A stretch of 36,924 nucleotides of DNA from a virus (Duplodnaviria > Heunggongvirae > Uroviricota > Caudoviricetes). Positions 17,330 through 36,188 of this stretch are shown here, one piece after another. Position numbers and translations under genes: made by a program. How positions within the stretch are numbered: position 1 is the first letter of the stretch; every line of letters starts with the position of its first letter. Location of the stretch: the IMG/VR virus record IMGVR_UViG_2645727715_000002. One strand, 5' to 3'. The notes beneath the pieces are model-generated. The model was not told the origin of the DNA. It did no database searches and worked only from the letters and a program-made list of their open reading frames with translations.

Positions 17330-17849
17330 ATGGAAGTCAACAAAAAGCAGCTGGCTGACATTTTCGGTGCGAGTATCCGTACCATTCAGAACTGGCAGGA
17401 ACAGGGAATGCCCGTTCTGCGAGGCGGTGGCAAGGGTAATGAGGTGCTTTATGACTCTGCCGCCGTTATAAGATGGTATGCCGAAAGGGATGCTGAAATT
17501 GAGAACGAAAAGCTGCGCCGGGAAGTTGAAGAACTGCGGCAGGCCAGCGAGACAGATCTCCAGCCAGGGACTATTGAGTACGAACGCCATCGACTTACGC
17601 GTGCGCAGGCCGACGCACAGGAACTGAAGAATGCCAGAGACTCCGCTGAAGTGGTGGAAACCGCATTCTGTACTTTCGTGCTGTCGCGGATCGCAGGTGA
17701 AATTGCCAGTATTCTCGACGGGATCCCCCTCTCGGTGCAGCGGCGTTTTCCGGAACTGGAAAACCGACATGTTGATTTCCTGAAACGGGATATCATCAAA
17801 GCCATGAACAAAGCAGCCGCGCTGGATGAACTGATACCGGGGTTGCTGA

Positions 17850-17875
<26 letters not shown>
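17330..17875 (+). CDS. nu1: Terminase small subunit Nu1, 181 aa
   Basis: MEVNKKQLADIFGASIRTIQNWQEQGMPVLRGGGKGNEVLYDSAAVI... matches lambda Nu1. Confidence 0.95.
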
Positions 17876-21557
<3,682 letters not shown>

Positions 21558-21577
<20 letters not shown>

Positions 21578-22877
21578 TCTCCCGCATATTGCCAGTATGG
21601 CCTTTAATGAGCCGCTGATGCTTGAACCCGCCTATGCGCGGGTTTTCTTTTGTGCGCTTGCAGGCCAGCTGGGGATCAGCCGCCTGACGGATGCGGTGTC
21701 CGGTGACAGCCTGACTGCCGGAGAGGCACCCGCGACGCTGGCGTTATCCGGTAATGATGACGGGCCACGACAGGCCCGCAGTTATCAGGTCATGAACGGC
21801 ATCGCCGTGCTGCCGGTGTCCGGCACGCTGGTCAGCCGGACGCGGGCGCTGCAGCCGTACTCGGGGATGACCGGTTACAACGGCATTATCGCCCGTCTGC
21901 AACAGGCTGCCAGCGACCCGATGGTGGACGGCATTCTGCTCGATATGGACACGCCAGGCGGAATGGTGGCGGGGGCATTTGACTGCGCTGACATCATCGC
22001 CCGTGTGCGAGACATAAAACCGGTATGGGCGCTGGCCAACGACATGAACTGCAGTGCAGGTCAGCTGCTTGCCAGTGCCGCCTCCCGGCGTCTGGTCACG
22101 CAGACCGCCCGGACAGGCTCCATCGGCGTCATGATGGCTCACAGTAATTACGGTGCTGCCCTGGAGAAACAGGGGGTGGAAATCACGCTGATTTACAGCG
22201 GCAGCCATAAGGTGGATGGCAATCCCTACAGCCATCTTCCGGATGACGTCCGGGAGACACTGCAGTCCCGGATGGACGCAACCCGCCAGATGTTTGCGCA
22301 GAAGGTGTCGGCATATACCGGCCTGTCTGTGCAGGCTGTGCTGGATACCGAGGCTGCAGTGTACAGCGGTCAGGAGGCCATTGATGTCGGACTGGCTGAT
22401 GAACTTGTTAACAGCACCGATGCGATCACCGTCATGCGTGATGCACTGGATGCGCGTAAATCCCGTCTCTCAGGAGGGCGAATGACCAAAGAGACTCAAT
22501 CAACAACTGTTTCAGCCACTGCTTCGCAGACTGACGTTACTGACGTGGTGCCAGCGACGGAGGGCGAAAACGCCAGCGCGGCGCAGCCGGACGTGAACGC
22601 GCAGATCACCGCTGCGGTTGCGGCAGAAAACAGCCGCATTATGGGGATCCTCAACTGTGAGGAGGCTCACGGACGCGAAGAACAGGCCCGCGTGCTGGCA
22701 GAAACCCCCGGTATGACCGTGGAAACGGCCCGCCGCATTCTGGCAGCTGCACCACAGAGTGCACAGGCGCGCAGTGACACTGCGCTGGATCGTCTGATGC
22801 AGGGGGCACCGGCACCGCTGGCTGCAGGTAACCCGGCATCTGATGCCGTTAACGATTTGCTGAACACACCAGTGTAA
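21558..22877 (+). CDS. C: Capsid assembly protease C (with in-frame nested scaffold Nu3 at its 3' end), GTG start
   Basis: From GTG 21558 (GAGGAG RBS upstream) the translation VTAELRNLPHIASMAFNEPLMLEPAYARVFF… matches lambda gpC; the upstream extension of the ORF lies inside B and is not coding. Confidence 0.85.
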
Positions 22878-22886
22878 GGGATGTTT

Positions 22887-23220
22887 ATGACGAGCAAAGA
22901 AACCTTTACCCATTACCAGCCGCTGGGCAACAGTGACCCGGCACATACGGCAACCGCGCCCGGCGGATTGAGTGCGAAAGCGCCTGCAATGACCCTGCTG
23001 ATGCTGGACACCTCCACCCGTAAGCTGGTTGCGTGGGATGGCACCACCGACGGTACTGCCGTTGGCATTCTGGCGGTTGATGCTGACCAGACCAGCACCA
23101 CGCTGACGTTCTACAAGTCCGGCACGTTCCGTTATGAGGATGTGCTCTGGCCGGAGGCTGCCAGCGACGAGACGAAAAAAACGGACCGCGTTTGCCGGAA
23201 CGGCAATCAGCATCGTTTAA
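22887..23220 (+). pseudogene. D: Head decoration protein D with a +1 frameshift near the C-terminus (A7 run 23175-23181)
   Basis: [27 protein letters not shown]… matches lambda gpD to …DETKK, then leaves frame; the expected ending [12 protein letters not shown]-stop is encoded in the +1 frame ending 23218-23220. Confidence 0.75.
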
Positions 23221-23269
23221 CCTTACCCTTCATCACTAAAGGCCGCCTGTGCAGCTATTTACGATTTTT

Positions 23270-24295
23270 ATGTCGATGTACACAACCGCCCAGCTGCTGG
23301 CGGCAAATGAGAAGAAATTTAAGTTTGATCCGCTGTTTCTGCGTCTCTTTTTCCGTGAGAGCTATCCCTTCACCACGGAGAAAGTCTATCTCTCACAAAT
23401 TCCGGGACTGGTAAACATGGCGCTGTACGTTTCGCCGATTGTTTCCGGTGAGGTTATCCGCTCCCGTGGCGGCTCCACCTCTGAATTTACACCGGGATAT
23501 GTCAAGCCGAAGCATGAGGTGAATCCGCAGATGACCCTGCGTCGCCTGCCGGATGAAGATCCGCAGAATCTGGCGGACCCGGCTTACCGCCGCCGTCGCA
23601 TCATCATGCAGAACATGCGAGACGAAGAGCTGGCCATTGCTCAGGTCGAAGAGATGCAGGCAGTTTCTGCTGTGCTTAAGGGCAAATACACCATGACCGG
23701 TGAAGCCTTCGATCCGGTTGAGGTGGATATGGGCCGCAGTGCGGCGAACAACATCACACAGTCCGGTGGTACGGAGTGGAGCAAGCGTGACAAGTCCACG
23801 TATGACCCGACCGACGATATCGAAGCCTATGCGCTGAACGCCAGCGGAGTGGTGAATATCATCGTGTTTGATCCGAAAGGCTGGGCGCTGTTCCGTTCCT
23901 TCAAAGCCGTCAAGGAGAAGCTGGATACCCGTCGCGGCTCTAATTCCGAGCTGGAGACAGCGGTAAAAGACCTGGGCGAAGCGGTGTCCTATAAGGGGAT
24001 GTATGGCGATACGGCGATCGTCGTGTATTCCGGACAGTACGTGGAAAACGACGTCAAAAAGAACTTCCTTCCGGACAACACGATGGTGCTGGGGAACACT
24101 CAGGCACGCGGTCTGCGCACCTATGGCTGCATTCAGGATGCGGACGCACAGCGCGAAGGTATTAACGCCTCTGCCCGCTACCCGAAAAACTGGGTGACCA
24201 CCGGCGATCCGGCGCGTGAGTTCACCATGATTCAGTCAGCACCGCTGATGCTGCTGGCTGACCCTGATGCGTTCGTGTCCGTACAACTGGCGTAA
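23270..24295 (+). CDS. E: Major capsid protein E, 341 aa
   Basis: [41 protein letters not shown]… matches lambda gpE. Confidence 0.95.
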   Translation: MSMYTTAQLLAANEKKFKFDPLFLRLFFRESYPFTTEKVYLSQIPGLVNMALYVSPIVSGEVIRSRGGSTSEFTPGYVKPKHEVNPQMTLRRLPDEDPQNLADPAYRRRRIIMQNMRDEELAIAQVEEMQAVSAVLKGKYTMTGEAFDPVEVDMGRSAANNITQSGGTEWSKRDKSTYDPTDDIEAYALNASGVVNIIVFDPKGWALFRSFKAVKEKLDTRRGSNSELETAVKDLGEAVSYKGMYGDTAIVVYSGQYVENDVKKNFLPDNTMVLGNTQARGLRTYGCIQDADAQREGINASARYPKNWVTTGDPAREFTMIQSAPLMLLADPDAFVSVQLA

Positions 24296-24336
24296 TCATG
24301 GCCCTTCGGGGCCATTTTCTCTCTGTGGAGGAGTCT

Positions 24337-24732
24337 ATGACGAAAGATGAACTGATTGCCCGTCTTCAGGTGCTGGGTGAGCAACTGAACCGTGATGTCA
24401 GCCTGACGGGGACGAAAGAAGAACTGGTGCTCCGTGTGGCAGAGCTGGAAGAGGAGCTTGATGACACGGATGACGCTGCCGGTCAGGACACATCTGTCAG
24501 CCCGGAAAATGCGCTGACCGGACATGAAAATGAGGTGGTATCAGCGCAGCCGGATACCGTGATTGATACGGCTGCTCTGGTCACGGTCGTGGCACTGGTG
24601 ACGCTGCATACTGATGCACTTCACGCCACGCGGGATGAGCCTGTGGCATTTGTGCTGCCGGGAACGGCGTTTCGTGTCTCTGCCGGTGTGGCAGCCGAAA
24701 TGACAGAACATGGCCTGGCCAGAATGCAATAA
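24337..24732 (+). CDS. FI: DNA packaging protein FI
   Basis: MTKDELIARLQVLGEQLNRDVSLTGTKEEL… matches lambda FI; GGAGG RBS upstream. Confidence 0.85.
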   Translation: MTKDELIARLQVLGEQLNRDVSLTGTKEELVLRVAELEEELDDTDDAAGQDTSVSPENALTGHENEVVSAQPDTVIDTAALVTVVALVTLHTDALHATRDEPVAFVLPGTAFRVSAGVAAEMTEHGLARMQ

Positions 24733-24743
24733 CGGGAGGCGCT

Positions 24744-25097
24744 GTGGCTGATTCCGATAACCTGTTCGATGCTGCCATTGCCCGCGCCGATGAAACGATA
24801 CGCGGGTACATGGGAACGTCAGCCACCATGACATCCGGTGAGCTGTCCGGTGCTGTGATACGTGGTGTTTTTGATGACCCTGAAAATATCAGCTATGCCG
24901 GACAGGGGGTGCGCGTTGAAGGCTCCAGCCCGTCCCTGTTTGTCCGGACTGATGATGTGCGGCAGCTGCGGCGTGGAGACACACTGACCATCGGCGAGGA
25001 AAACTTCTGGGTGGACCGGATTTCGCCGGATGATGGCGGAAGCTGTCATCTCTGGCTTGGGCGTGGCGTGCCGCCTGCCGTTAACCGTCGCCGCTGA
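24744..25097 (+). CDS. FII: Head completion protein FII, 117 aa
   Basis: Translation matches lambda FII. Confidence 0.9.
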   Translation: MADSDNLFDAAIARADETIRGYMGTSATMTSGELSGAVIRGVFDDPENISYAGQGVRVEGSSPSLFVRTDDVRQLRRGDTLTIGEENFWVDRISPDDGGSCHLWLGRGVPPAVNRRR

Positions 25098-25108
25098 AAG
25101 GGGGATGT

Positions 25109-25687
25109 ATGGCCATAAAAGGTCTTGAGCAGGCCGTTGAAAACCTCAGCCGTATCAGCAAAACGGCGGTGCCTGGTGCCGCCGCAATGGCCATTAACCG
25201 CGTTGCGTCATCCGCGATATCGCAGTCTGCGTCACAGGTTGCCCGTGAGACAAAGGTACGCCGGAAACTGGTAAAGGAAAGGGCCAGGCTGAAAAGGGCC
25301 ACGGTCAAAAATCCGCAGGCCAGAATCAGGGTTAACCGGGGGGATTTGCCCGTAATCAAGCTGGGTAACGCGCGGGTTGTCCTTTCCCGCCGCAGACGTC
25401 GTAAAAAGGGGCAGCGTTCATCCCTGAAAGGTGGCGGCAGCGTGCTTGTGGTGGGAAACCGTCGTATTCCCGGCGCGTTTATTCAGCAACTGAAAAATGG
25501 CCGGTGGCATGTCATGCAGCGTGTGGCCGGGAAAAACCGTTACCCCATTGATGTGGTGAAAATCCCGATGGTGGTGCCGCTTACCACGGCGTTTAAACAG
25601 AATATTGAACGGATACGGCGTGAACGTCTTCCGAAAGAGCTGGGCTATGCGCTGCAGCATCAACTGAGAATGGTAATAAAGCGATGA
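25109..25687 (+). CDS. Z: Tail completion protein Z, 192 aa
   Basis: Translation matches lambda Z. Confidence 0.9.
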   Translation: MAIKGLEQAVENLSRISKTAVPGAAAMAINRVASSAISQSASQVARETKVRRKLVKERARLKRATVKNPQARIRVNRGDLPVIKLGNARVVLSRRRRRKKGQRSSLKGGGSVLVVGNRRIPGAFIQQLKNGRWHVMQRVAGKNRYPIDVVKIPMVVPLTTAFKQNIERIRRERLPKELGYALQHQLRMVIKR

Positions 25688-26079
25688 AACATACTGAACT
25701 CCGTGCAGCCGTACTGGATGCACTGGAGAAGCATGACACCGGGGCGACGCTTTTTGATGGTCGCCCCGCTGTTTTTGATGAGGCGGATTTTCCGGCAATT
25801 GCCGTTTATCTCACCGACGCTGAATACACGGGCGAAGAGCTGGACAGTGATACCTGGCAGGCGGAGCTGCATATTGAAGTTTTCCTGCCTGCTCAGGTGC
25901 CGGATTCAGAGCTGGATTCGTGGATGGAGTCCCGGATTTATCCGGTGATGAGCGATGTCCCGGCACTGTCAGATTTGATCACCAGTATGGTGGCCAGTGG
26001 CTATGACTACCGGCGCGACGATGATGCGGGCCTGTGGAGTTCAGCCGATCTGACTTATGTCATTACCTATGAAATGTGA
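25684..26079 (+). CDS. U: Tail terminator protein U, 131 aa
   Basis: Translation matches lambda U; overlaps the Z stop. Confidence 0.9.
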   Translation: MKHTELRAAVLDALEKHDTGATLFDGRPAVFDEADFPAIAVYLTDAEYTGEELDSDTWQAELHIEVFLPAQVPDSELDSWMESRIYPVMSDVPALSDLITSMVASGYDYRRDDDAGLWSSADLTYVITYEM

Positions 26080-26086
26080 GGACGAT

Positions 26087-26827
26087 ATGCCTGTACCAAA
26101 TCCAGTAATGCCGGTGAAAGGGGCCGGGACCACACTGTGGGTTTATAAGGGGAACGGTGACCCTTATGCGAACCCGCTTTCAGACGTTGACTGGTCGCGT
26201 CTGGCTAAAGTTAAAGACCTGACGCCCGGCGAACTGACCGCTGAGTCCTATGACGACAGCTATCTCGATGATGAAGATGCGGACTGGACTGCGACCGGGC
26301 AGGGGCAGAAATCTGCCGGAGATACCAGCTTCACGCTGGCGTGGATGCCCGGAGAGCAGGGGCAGCAGGCGCTGCTGGCGTGGTTTAATGAAGGGGATAC
26401 CCGTGCCTATAAAATCCGCTTCCCGAACGGCACGGTCGATGTGTTCCGCGGCTGGGTCAGCAGTATCGGTAAGGCGGTGACGGCGAAGGAAGTGATCACC
26501 CGCACGGTGAAAGTCACCAACGTGGGACGTCCGTCGATGGCAGAAGATCGCAGCACGGTAACAGCGGCAACCGGCATGACCGTGACGCCTGCCAGCACTT
26601 CGGTGGTGAAAGGGCAGAGCACCACGCTGACCGTGGCATTCCAGCCGGAAGGCGCAACCGACAAGAGCTTCCGTGCGGTGTCTGCGGATAAAACAAAAGC
26701 CACCGTGTCGGTCAGTGGTATGACCATCACCGTGAAAGGTGTTGCTGCAGGCAAGGTCAACATTCCGGTTGTATCCGGTAATGGTGAACTTGCTGTGGTT
26801 GCAGAAATCACCGTCACCGACAGTTAA
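26087..26827 (+). CDS. V: Major tail protein V, 246 aa
   Basis: [22 protein letters not shown]… matches lambda V, including the C-terminal Ig-like domain. Confidence 0.9.
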   Translation: MPVPNPVMPVKGAGTTLWVYKGNGDPYANPLSDVDWSRLAKVKDLTPGELTAESYDDSYLDDEDADWTATGQGQKSAGDTSFTLAWMPGEQGQQALLAWFNEGDTRAYKIRFPNGTVDVFRGWVSSIGKAVTAKEVITRTVKVTNVGRPSMAEDRSTVTAATGMTVTPASTSVVKGQSTTLTVAFQPEGATDKSFRAVSADKTKATVSVSGMTITVKGVAAGKVNIPVVSGNGELAVVAEITVTDS

Positions 26828-26842
26828 TCCGGAGAGTCAGCG

Positions 26843-27265
26843 ATGTTCCTGAAAACCGAATCATTTGAATATAACGGTGTGAGCGTCACGCTTTCTGAAC
26901 TGTCAGCCCTGCAGCGAATTGAGCATCTCGCCCTGCTGAAACGGCAGGCAGAACAGGCGGAGTCAGACAGCAACCGGAAGTTTACTGTGGAAGACGCCAT
27001 CAGAACCGGCGCGTTTCTGGTGGCGATGTCCCTGTGGCATAACCATCCGCAGAAGACGCAGATGCCGTCCATGAATGAAGCCGTTAAACAGATTGAGCAG
27101 GAAGTGCTTACCACCTGGCCCACGGAGGCAATTTCTCATGCTGAAAACGTGGTGTACCGGCTGTCTGGTATGTATGAGTTTGTGGTGAATAATGCCCCTG
27201 AACAGACAGAGGACGCCGGGCCCGCAGAGCCTGTTTCTGCGGGAAAGTGTTCGACGGTGAGCTGA
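26843..27265 (+). CDS. G: Tail assembly chaperone G, 140 aa
   Basis: Translation matches lambda G. Confidence 0.9.
   Translation: MFLKTESFEYNGVSVTLSELSALQRIEHLALLKRQAEQAESDSNRKFTVEDAIRTGAFLVAMSLWHNHPQKTQMPSMNEAVKQIEQEVLTTWPTEAISHAENVVYRLSGMYEFVVNNAPEQTEDAGPAEPVSAGKCSTVS
27241..27247 (+). other. Programmed -1 ribosomal frameshift slippery heptamer G GGA AAG (G to G-T fusion)
   Basis: GGGAAAG in the correct phase near the 3' end of G, with the T reading frame open in the -1 frame downstream; this is the canonical lambda G-T recoding site. Confidence 0.85.
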
Positions 27266-27681
27266 GTTTTGCCCTGAAACTGGCGCGTGAGATGGGGCGA
27301 CCCGACTGGCGTGCCATGCTTGCCGGGATGTCATCCACGGAGTATGCCGACTGGCACCGCTTTTACAGTACCCATTATTTTCATGATGTTCTGCTGGATA
27401 TGCACTTTTCCGGGCTGACGTACACCGTGCTCAGCCTGTTTTTCAGCGATCCGGATATGCATCCGCTGGATTTCAGTTTGCTGAACCGGCGTGAGGCTGA
27501 CGAAGAGCCTGAAGATGATGTGCTGATGCAGAAAGCGGCAGGGCTTGCCGGAGGTGTCCGCTTTGGCCCGGACGGGAATGAAGTTATCCCTACTTCCCCG
27601 GATGTGGCGGACATGACGGAGGATGACGTAATGCTGATGACAGTATCAGAAGGGATCGCAGGAGGAGTCCGGTATGGCTGA
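27247..27681 (+). CDS. T: Tail assembly chaperone T portion of the G-T frameshift product
   Basis: The -1 frame ORF downstream of the slippery site matches lambda T. Confidence 0.8.
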   Translation: MFDGELSFALKLAREMGRPDWRAMLAGMSSTEYADWHRFYSTHYFHDVLLDMHFSGLTYTVLSLFFSDPDMHPLDFSLLNRREADEEPEDDVLMQKAAGLAGGVRFGPDGNEVIPTSPDVADMTEDDVMLMTVSEGIAGGVRYG

Positions 27682-30235
27682 ACCGGTAGGCGATCTGGTC
27701 GTTGATTTGAGTCTGGATGCGGCCAGATTTGACGAGCAGATGGCCAGAGTCAGGCGTCATTTTTCCGGTACGGAAAGTGATGCGAAAAAAAACAGCGGCA
27801 GTCGTTGAACAGTCGATGAACCGGCAGGCGCTGGCTGCACAGAAAGCGGGAATTTCCGTCGGGCAGTATAAAGCCGCCATGCGTATGCTGCCTGCGCAGT
27901 TCACTGACGTGGCCACGCAGCTTGCAGGCGGGCAAAGTCCGTGGCTGATCCTGCTGCAACAGGGGGGTCAGGTGAAGGACTCCTTCGGCGGGATGATCCC
28001 CATGTTCCGGGGGCTTGCCGGTGCGATCACCCTGCCGATGGTGGGGGCCACCTCGCTGGCGGTGGCGACCGGTGCGCTGGCGTATGCCTGGTATCAGGGC
28101 AACTCAACCCTGTCCGATTTCAACAAAACGCTGGTCCTTTCCGGCAATCAGGCCGGGCTGACGGCAGATCGTATGCTGGTCCTGTCCAGAGCCGGGCAGG
28201 CGGCAGGGCTGACGTTTAACCAGACCAGCGAGTCACTCAGCGCACTGGTTAAGGCGGGGGTAAGCGGTGAGGCTCAGATTGCGTCCATCAGCCAGAGTGT
28301 GGCGCGTTTCTCCTCTGCATCCGGCGTGGAGGTGGACAAGGTCGCTGAAGCCTTCGGGAAGCTGACCACTGACCGACGTCGGGCGTGACAGCGATGGCGC
28401 GCCAGTTCCATAACGTGACGGCGGAGCAGATTGCGTATGTTGCTCAGTTGCAGCGTTCCGGCGAAGAAGCCGGGGCATTGCAGGCGGCGAACGAGGCCGC
28501 GACGAAAGGGTTTGATGACCAGACCCGCCGCCTGAAAGAGAACATGGGCACGCTGGAAACCTGGGCAGACAGGACAGCACGGGCATTCAAATCCATGTGG
28601 GATGCGGTGCTGGATATTGGTCGTCCTGATACCGCGCAGGAGATGCTGATTAAGGCAGAGGCCGCGTTTAAGAAAGCGGACGATATCTGGAATCTGCGCA
28701 AGGATGATTATTTTGTTAACGATGAAGCGCGGGCGCGTTACTGGGATGATCGTGAAAAGGCCCGTCTTGCGCTTGAAGCCGCCCGAAAGAAGGCTGAGCA
28801 GCAGAGTCAACAGGACAAAAATGCGCAGCAGCAGAGCGATACCGAAGCGTCACGGCTGAAATATACCGAAGAGGCGCAGAAGGCTTACGAACGGCTGCAG
28901 ACGCCGCTGGAGAAATATACCGCCCGTCAGGAAGAACTGAACAAGGCACTGAAAGACGGGAAAATCCTGCAGGCGGATTACAACACGCTGATGGCGGCGG
29001 CGAAAAAGGATTATGAAGCGACGCTGAAAAAGCCGAAACAGTCCGGCGTGAAGGTGTCTGCGGGCGATCGTCAGGAAGACAGTGCTCATGCTGCCCTGCT
29101 GACGCTTCAGGCAGAACTCCGGACGCTGGAGAAGCATGCCGGAGCAAATGAGAAAATCAGCCAGCAGCGCCGGGATTTGTGGAAGGCGGAGAGTCAGTTC
29201 GCGGTACTGGAGGAGGCGGCGCAACGTCGCCAGCTGTCTGCACAGGAGAAATCCCTGCTGGCGCATAAAGATGAGACGCTGGAGTACAAACGCCAGCTGG
29301 CTGCACTTGGCGACAAGGTTACGTATCAGGAGCGCCTGAACGCGCTGGCGCAGCAGGCGGATAAATTCGCACAGCAGCAACGGGCAAAACGGGCCGCCAT
29401 TGATGCGAAAAGCCGGGGGCTGACTGACCGGCAGGCAGAACGGGAAGCCACGGAACAGCGCCTGAAGGAACAGTATGGCGATAATCCGCTGGCGCTGAAT
29501 AACGTCATGTCAGAGCAGAAAAAGACCTGGGCGGCTGAAGACCAGCTTCGCGGGAGCTGGATGGCAGGCCTGAAGTCCGGCTGGAGTGAGTGGGAAGAGA
29601 GCGCCACGGACAGTATGTCGCAGGTTAAAAGTGCAGCCACGCAGACCTTTGATGGTATTGCACAGAATATGGCGGCGATGCTGACCGGCAGTGAGCAGAA
29701 CTGGCGCAGCTTCACCCGTTCCGTGCTGTCCATGATGACAGAAATTCTGCTTAAGCAGGCAATGGTGGGGATTGTCGGGAGTATCGGCAGCGCCATTGGC
29801 GGGGCTGTTGGTGGCGGCGCATCCGCGTCAGGCGGTACAGCCATTCAGGCCGCTGCGGCGAAATTCCATTTTGCAACCGGAGGATTTACGGGAACCGGCG
29901 GCAAATATGAGCCAGCGGGGATTGTTCACCGTGGTGAATTTGTCTTCACGAAGGAGGCAACCAGCCGGATTGGCGTGGGGACTCTTTACCGGCTGATGCG
30001 CGGCTATGCCACCGGCGGTTATGTCGGTACACCGGGCAGCATGGCAGACAGCCGGTCGCAGGCGTCCGGGACGTTTGAGCAGAATAACCATGTGGTGATT
30101 AACAACGACGGCACGAACGGGCAGATAGGTCCGGCTGCTCTGAAGGCGGTGTATGACATGGCCCGCAAGGGTGCCCGTGATGAAATTCAGACACAGATGC
30201 GTGATGGTGGCCTGTTCTCCGGAGGTGGACGATGA
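27674..30235 (+). pseudogene. H: Tail tape-measure protein H, interrupted by a +1 (A8 run) and a -1 (CC) frameshift (or sequencing errors)
   Basis: ATG 27674 gives MAEPVGDLVVDLSLDAARFDEQMARVRRHFSGTESDAKK then a stop; the lambda-matching sequence continues in frame 0 (27717..28388) and again in frame 2 (28385..30235); junctions at A8 run 27785-27792 and CC 28373-28374. Confidence 0.85.
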
Positions 30236-30561
30236 AGACCTTCCGCTGGAAAGTGAAACCCGGTATGGATGTGGCTTCGGTCCCTTCTGTAAGAAAGGTG
30301 CGCTTTGGTGATGGCTATTCTCAGCGAGCGCCTGCCGGGCTGAATGCCAACCTGAAAACGTACAGCGTGACGCTTTCTGTCCCCCGTGAGGAGGCCACGG
30401 TACTGGAGTCGTTTCTGGAAGAGCACGGGGGCTGGAAATCCTTTCTGTGGACGCCGCCTTATGAGTGGCGGCAGATAAAGGTGACCTGCGCAAAATGGTC
30501 GTCGCGGGTCAGTATGTTGCGTGTTGAGTTCAGCGCAGAGTTTGAACAGGTGGTGAACTGA
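30232..30561 (+). CDS. M: Tail tip protein M, 109 aa
   Basis: Translation matches lambda M. Confidence 0.9.
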   Translation: MKTFRWKVKPGMDVASVPSVRKVRFGDGYSQRAPAGLNANLKTYSVTLSVPREEATVLESFLEEHGGWKSFLWTPPYEWRQIKVTCAKWSSRVSMLRVEFSAEFEQVVN

Positions 30562-31259
30562 TGCAGGATATCCGGCAGGAAACACTGAATGAATGCACCC
30601 GTGCGGAGCAGTCGGCCAGCGTGGTGCTCTGGGAAATCGACCTGACAGAGGTCGGTGGAGAACGTTATTTTTTCTGTAATGAGCAGAACGAAAAAGGTGA
30701 GCCGGTCACCTGGCAGGGGCGACAGTATCAGCCGTATCCCATTCAGGGGAGCGGTTTTGAACTGAATGGCAAAGGCACCAGTACGCGCCCCACGCTGACG
30801 GTTTCTAACCTGTACGGTATGGTCACCGGGATGGCGGAAGATATGCAGAGTCTGGTCGGCGGAACGGTGGTCCGGCGTAAGGTTTACGCCCGTTTTCTGG
30901 ATGCGGTGAACTTCGTCAACGGAAACAGTTACGCCGATCCGGAGCAGGAGGTGATCAGCCGCTGGCGCATTGAGCAGTGCAGCGAACTGAGCGCGGTGAG
31001 TGCCTCCTTTGTACTGTCCACGCCGACGGAAACGGATGGCGCTGTTTTTCCGGGACGTATCATGCTGGCCAACACCTGCACCTGGACCTATCGCGGTGAC
31101 GAGTGCGGTTATAGCGGTCCGGCTGTCGCGGATGAATATGACCAGCCAACGTCCGATATCACGAAGGATAAATGCAGCAAATGCCTGAGCGGTTGTAAGT
31201 TCCGCAATAACGTCGGCAACTTTGGCGGCTTCCTTTCCATTAACAAACTTTCGCAGTAA
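30561..31259 (+). CDS. L: Tail tip protein L, 232 aa
   Basis: Translation matches lambda L, including the C-terminal Cys cluster. Confidence 0.9.
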   Translation: MQDIRQETLNECTRAEQSASVVLWEIDLTEVGGERYFFCNEQNEKGEPVTWQGRQYQPYPIQGSGFELNGKGTSTRPTLTVSNLYGMVTGMAEDMQSLVGGTVVRRKVYARFLDAVNFVNGNSYADPEQEVISRWRIEQCSELSAVSASFVLSTPTETDGAVFPGRIMLANTCTWTYRGDECGYSGPAVADEYDQPTSDITKDKCSKCLSGCKFRNNVGNFGGFLSINKLSQ

Positions 31260-31264
31260 ATCCC

Positions 31265-32008
31265 ATGACACAGACAGAATCAGCGATTCTGGCGCACGCC
31301 CGGCGATGTGCGCCAGCGGAGTCGTGCGGCTTCGTGGTAAGCACGCCGGAGGGGGAAAGATATTTCCCCTGCGTGAATATCTCCGGTGAGCCGGAGGCGT
31401 ATTTCCGTATGTCGCCGGAAGACTGGCTGCAGGCAGAAATGCAGGGTGAGATTGTGGCGCTGGTCCACAGCCACCCCGGTGGTCTGCCCTGGCTGAGTGA
31501 GGCCGACCGGCGGCTGCAGGTGCAGAGTGATTTGCCGTGGTGGCTGGTCTGCCGGGGGACGATTCATAAGTTCCGCTGTGTGCCGCATCTCACCGGGCGG
31601 CGCTTTGAGCACGGTGTGACGGACTGTTACACACTGTTCCGGGATGCTTATCATCTGGCGGGGATTGAGATGCCGGATTTTCATCGCGAGGATGACTGGT
31701 GGCGTCACGGTCAGAATCTCTATCTGGATAATCTGGAGGCCACAGGGCTGTATCAGGTGGCGTTGTCAGCGGCGCAGCCGGGCGATGTGCTGCTGTGCTG
31801 TTTTGGTTCATCGGTGCCGAATCATGCCGCCATTTACTGTGGTGACGGTGAGCTGCTGCACCATATTCCTGAACAACTGAGTAAACGAGAGAGGTACACC
31901 GACAAATGGCAGCGACGCACACACTCCCTCTGGCGTCACCGGGAATGGCACGCATCTGCCTTTACGGGGATTTGCAACGATTTGGCCGCCGCATCGACCT
32001 TCGTGTGA
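31265..32008 (+). CDS. K: Tail tip assembly protein K (full ORF 247 aa; an internal ATG at 31409 would give 199 aa)
   Basis: The HSHP motif of a JAB/MPN-type domain lies in the N-terminal part, followed by an NlpC/P60-like region; matches lambda K. Confidence 0.8.
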   Translation: MTQTESAILAHARRCAPAESCGFVVSTPEGERYFPCVNISGEPEAYFRMSPEDWLQAEMQGEIVALVHSHPGGLPWLSEADRRLQVQSDLPWWLVCRGTIHKFRCVPHLTGRRFEHGVTDCYTLFRDAYHLAGIEMPDFHREDDWWRHGQNLYLDNLEATGLYQVALSAAQPGDVLLCCFGSSVPNHAAIYCGDGELLHHIPEQLSKRERYTDKWQRRTHSLWRHREWHASAFTGICNDLAAASTFV

Positions 32009-32577
32009 AAACGGGGGCTGAAGCCATCCGCGCACTGGCCACACAGCTCCCGGCGTTTCGTCAGAAACTGAGCGACGGCTGGTATCAGGTACGGATTGCC
32101 GGGCAGGATGTCAGCACGTCCGGATTAACGGCGCAGTTACATGAGACTCTGCCTGATGGCGCTGTGATTCATATTGTTCCCAGAGTCGCCGGGGCCAAGT
32201 CAGGTGGCGTATTCCAGATTGTCCTGGGAGCAGCCGCCATTGCCGGATCATTCTTTACCGCCGGAGCCACCCTTGCAGCATGGGGGGCAGCCATTGGGGC
32301 CGGTGGTATGACCGGCATCCTGTTTTCTCTCGGTGCCAGTATGGTGCTCGGTGGTGTGGCGCAGATGCTGGCACCGAAAGCCAGAACTCCCCGTACACAG
32401 ACAACGGATAACGGCAAACAGAACACCTATTTCTCCTCACTGGATAACATGGTTGCCCAGGGCAATGTTCTGCCTGTTCTGTACGGTGAAATGCGCGTGG
32501 GGTCACGCGTGGTTTCTCAGGAGATCAGCACGGCAGACGAAGGGGATGGTGGTCAGGTTGTGGTGATTGGTCGCTGA
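31906..32577 (+). CDS. I: Tail tip assembly protein I, 223 aa
   Basis: Translation matches lambda I; overlaps the 3' end of K by 103 nt. Confidence 0.9.
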   Translation: MAATHTLPLASPGMARICLYGDLQRFGRRIDLRVKTGAEAIRALATQLPAFRQKLSDGWYQVRIAGQDVSTSGLTAQLHETLPDGAVIHIVPRVAGAKSGGVFQIVLGAAAIAGSFFTAGATLAAWGAAIGAGGMTGILFSLGASMVLGGVAQMLAPKARTPRTQTTDNGKQNTYFSSLDNMVAQGNVLPVLYGEMRVGSRVVSQEISTADEGDGGQVVVIGR

Positions 32578-32634
32578 TGCAAAATGTTTTATGTGAAACC
32601 GCCTGCGGGCGGTTTTGTCGTTTATGGAGCGTGA

Positions 32635-36121
<3,487 letters not shown>

Positions 36122-36188
36122 ATGTTATAACCCAGAACGGGCGTCAGAAATGACGCCTTTTTTTATTGCAGAAAAGCGAGAGGTAATT

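Noticed and set aside
21744-23213. Minus-strand ORFs of 163 and 233 aa inside C and D
   Set aside because: Antisense to well-supported head genes; Cys/Arg-rich low-complexity translations typical of GC-rich shadow frames
28274-31271. Multiple minus-strand ORFs of 170-270 aa inside H, M and L
   Set aside because: Antisense to the tail genes; no RBS or start context; the plus-strand frames match lambda proteins
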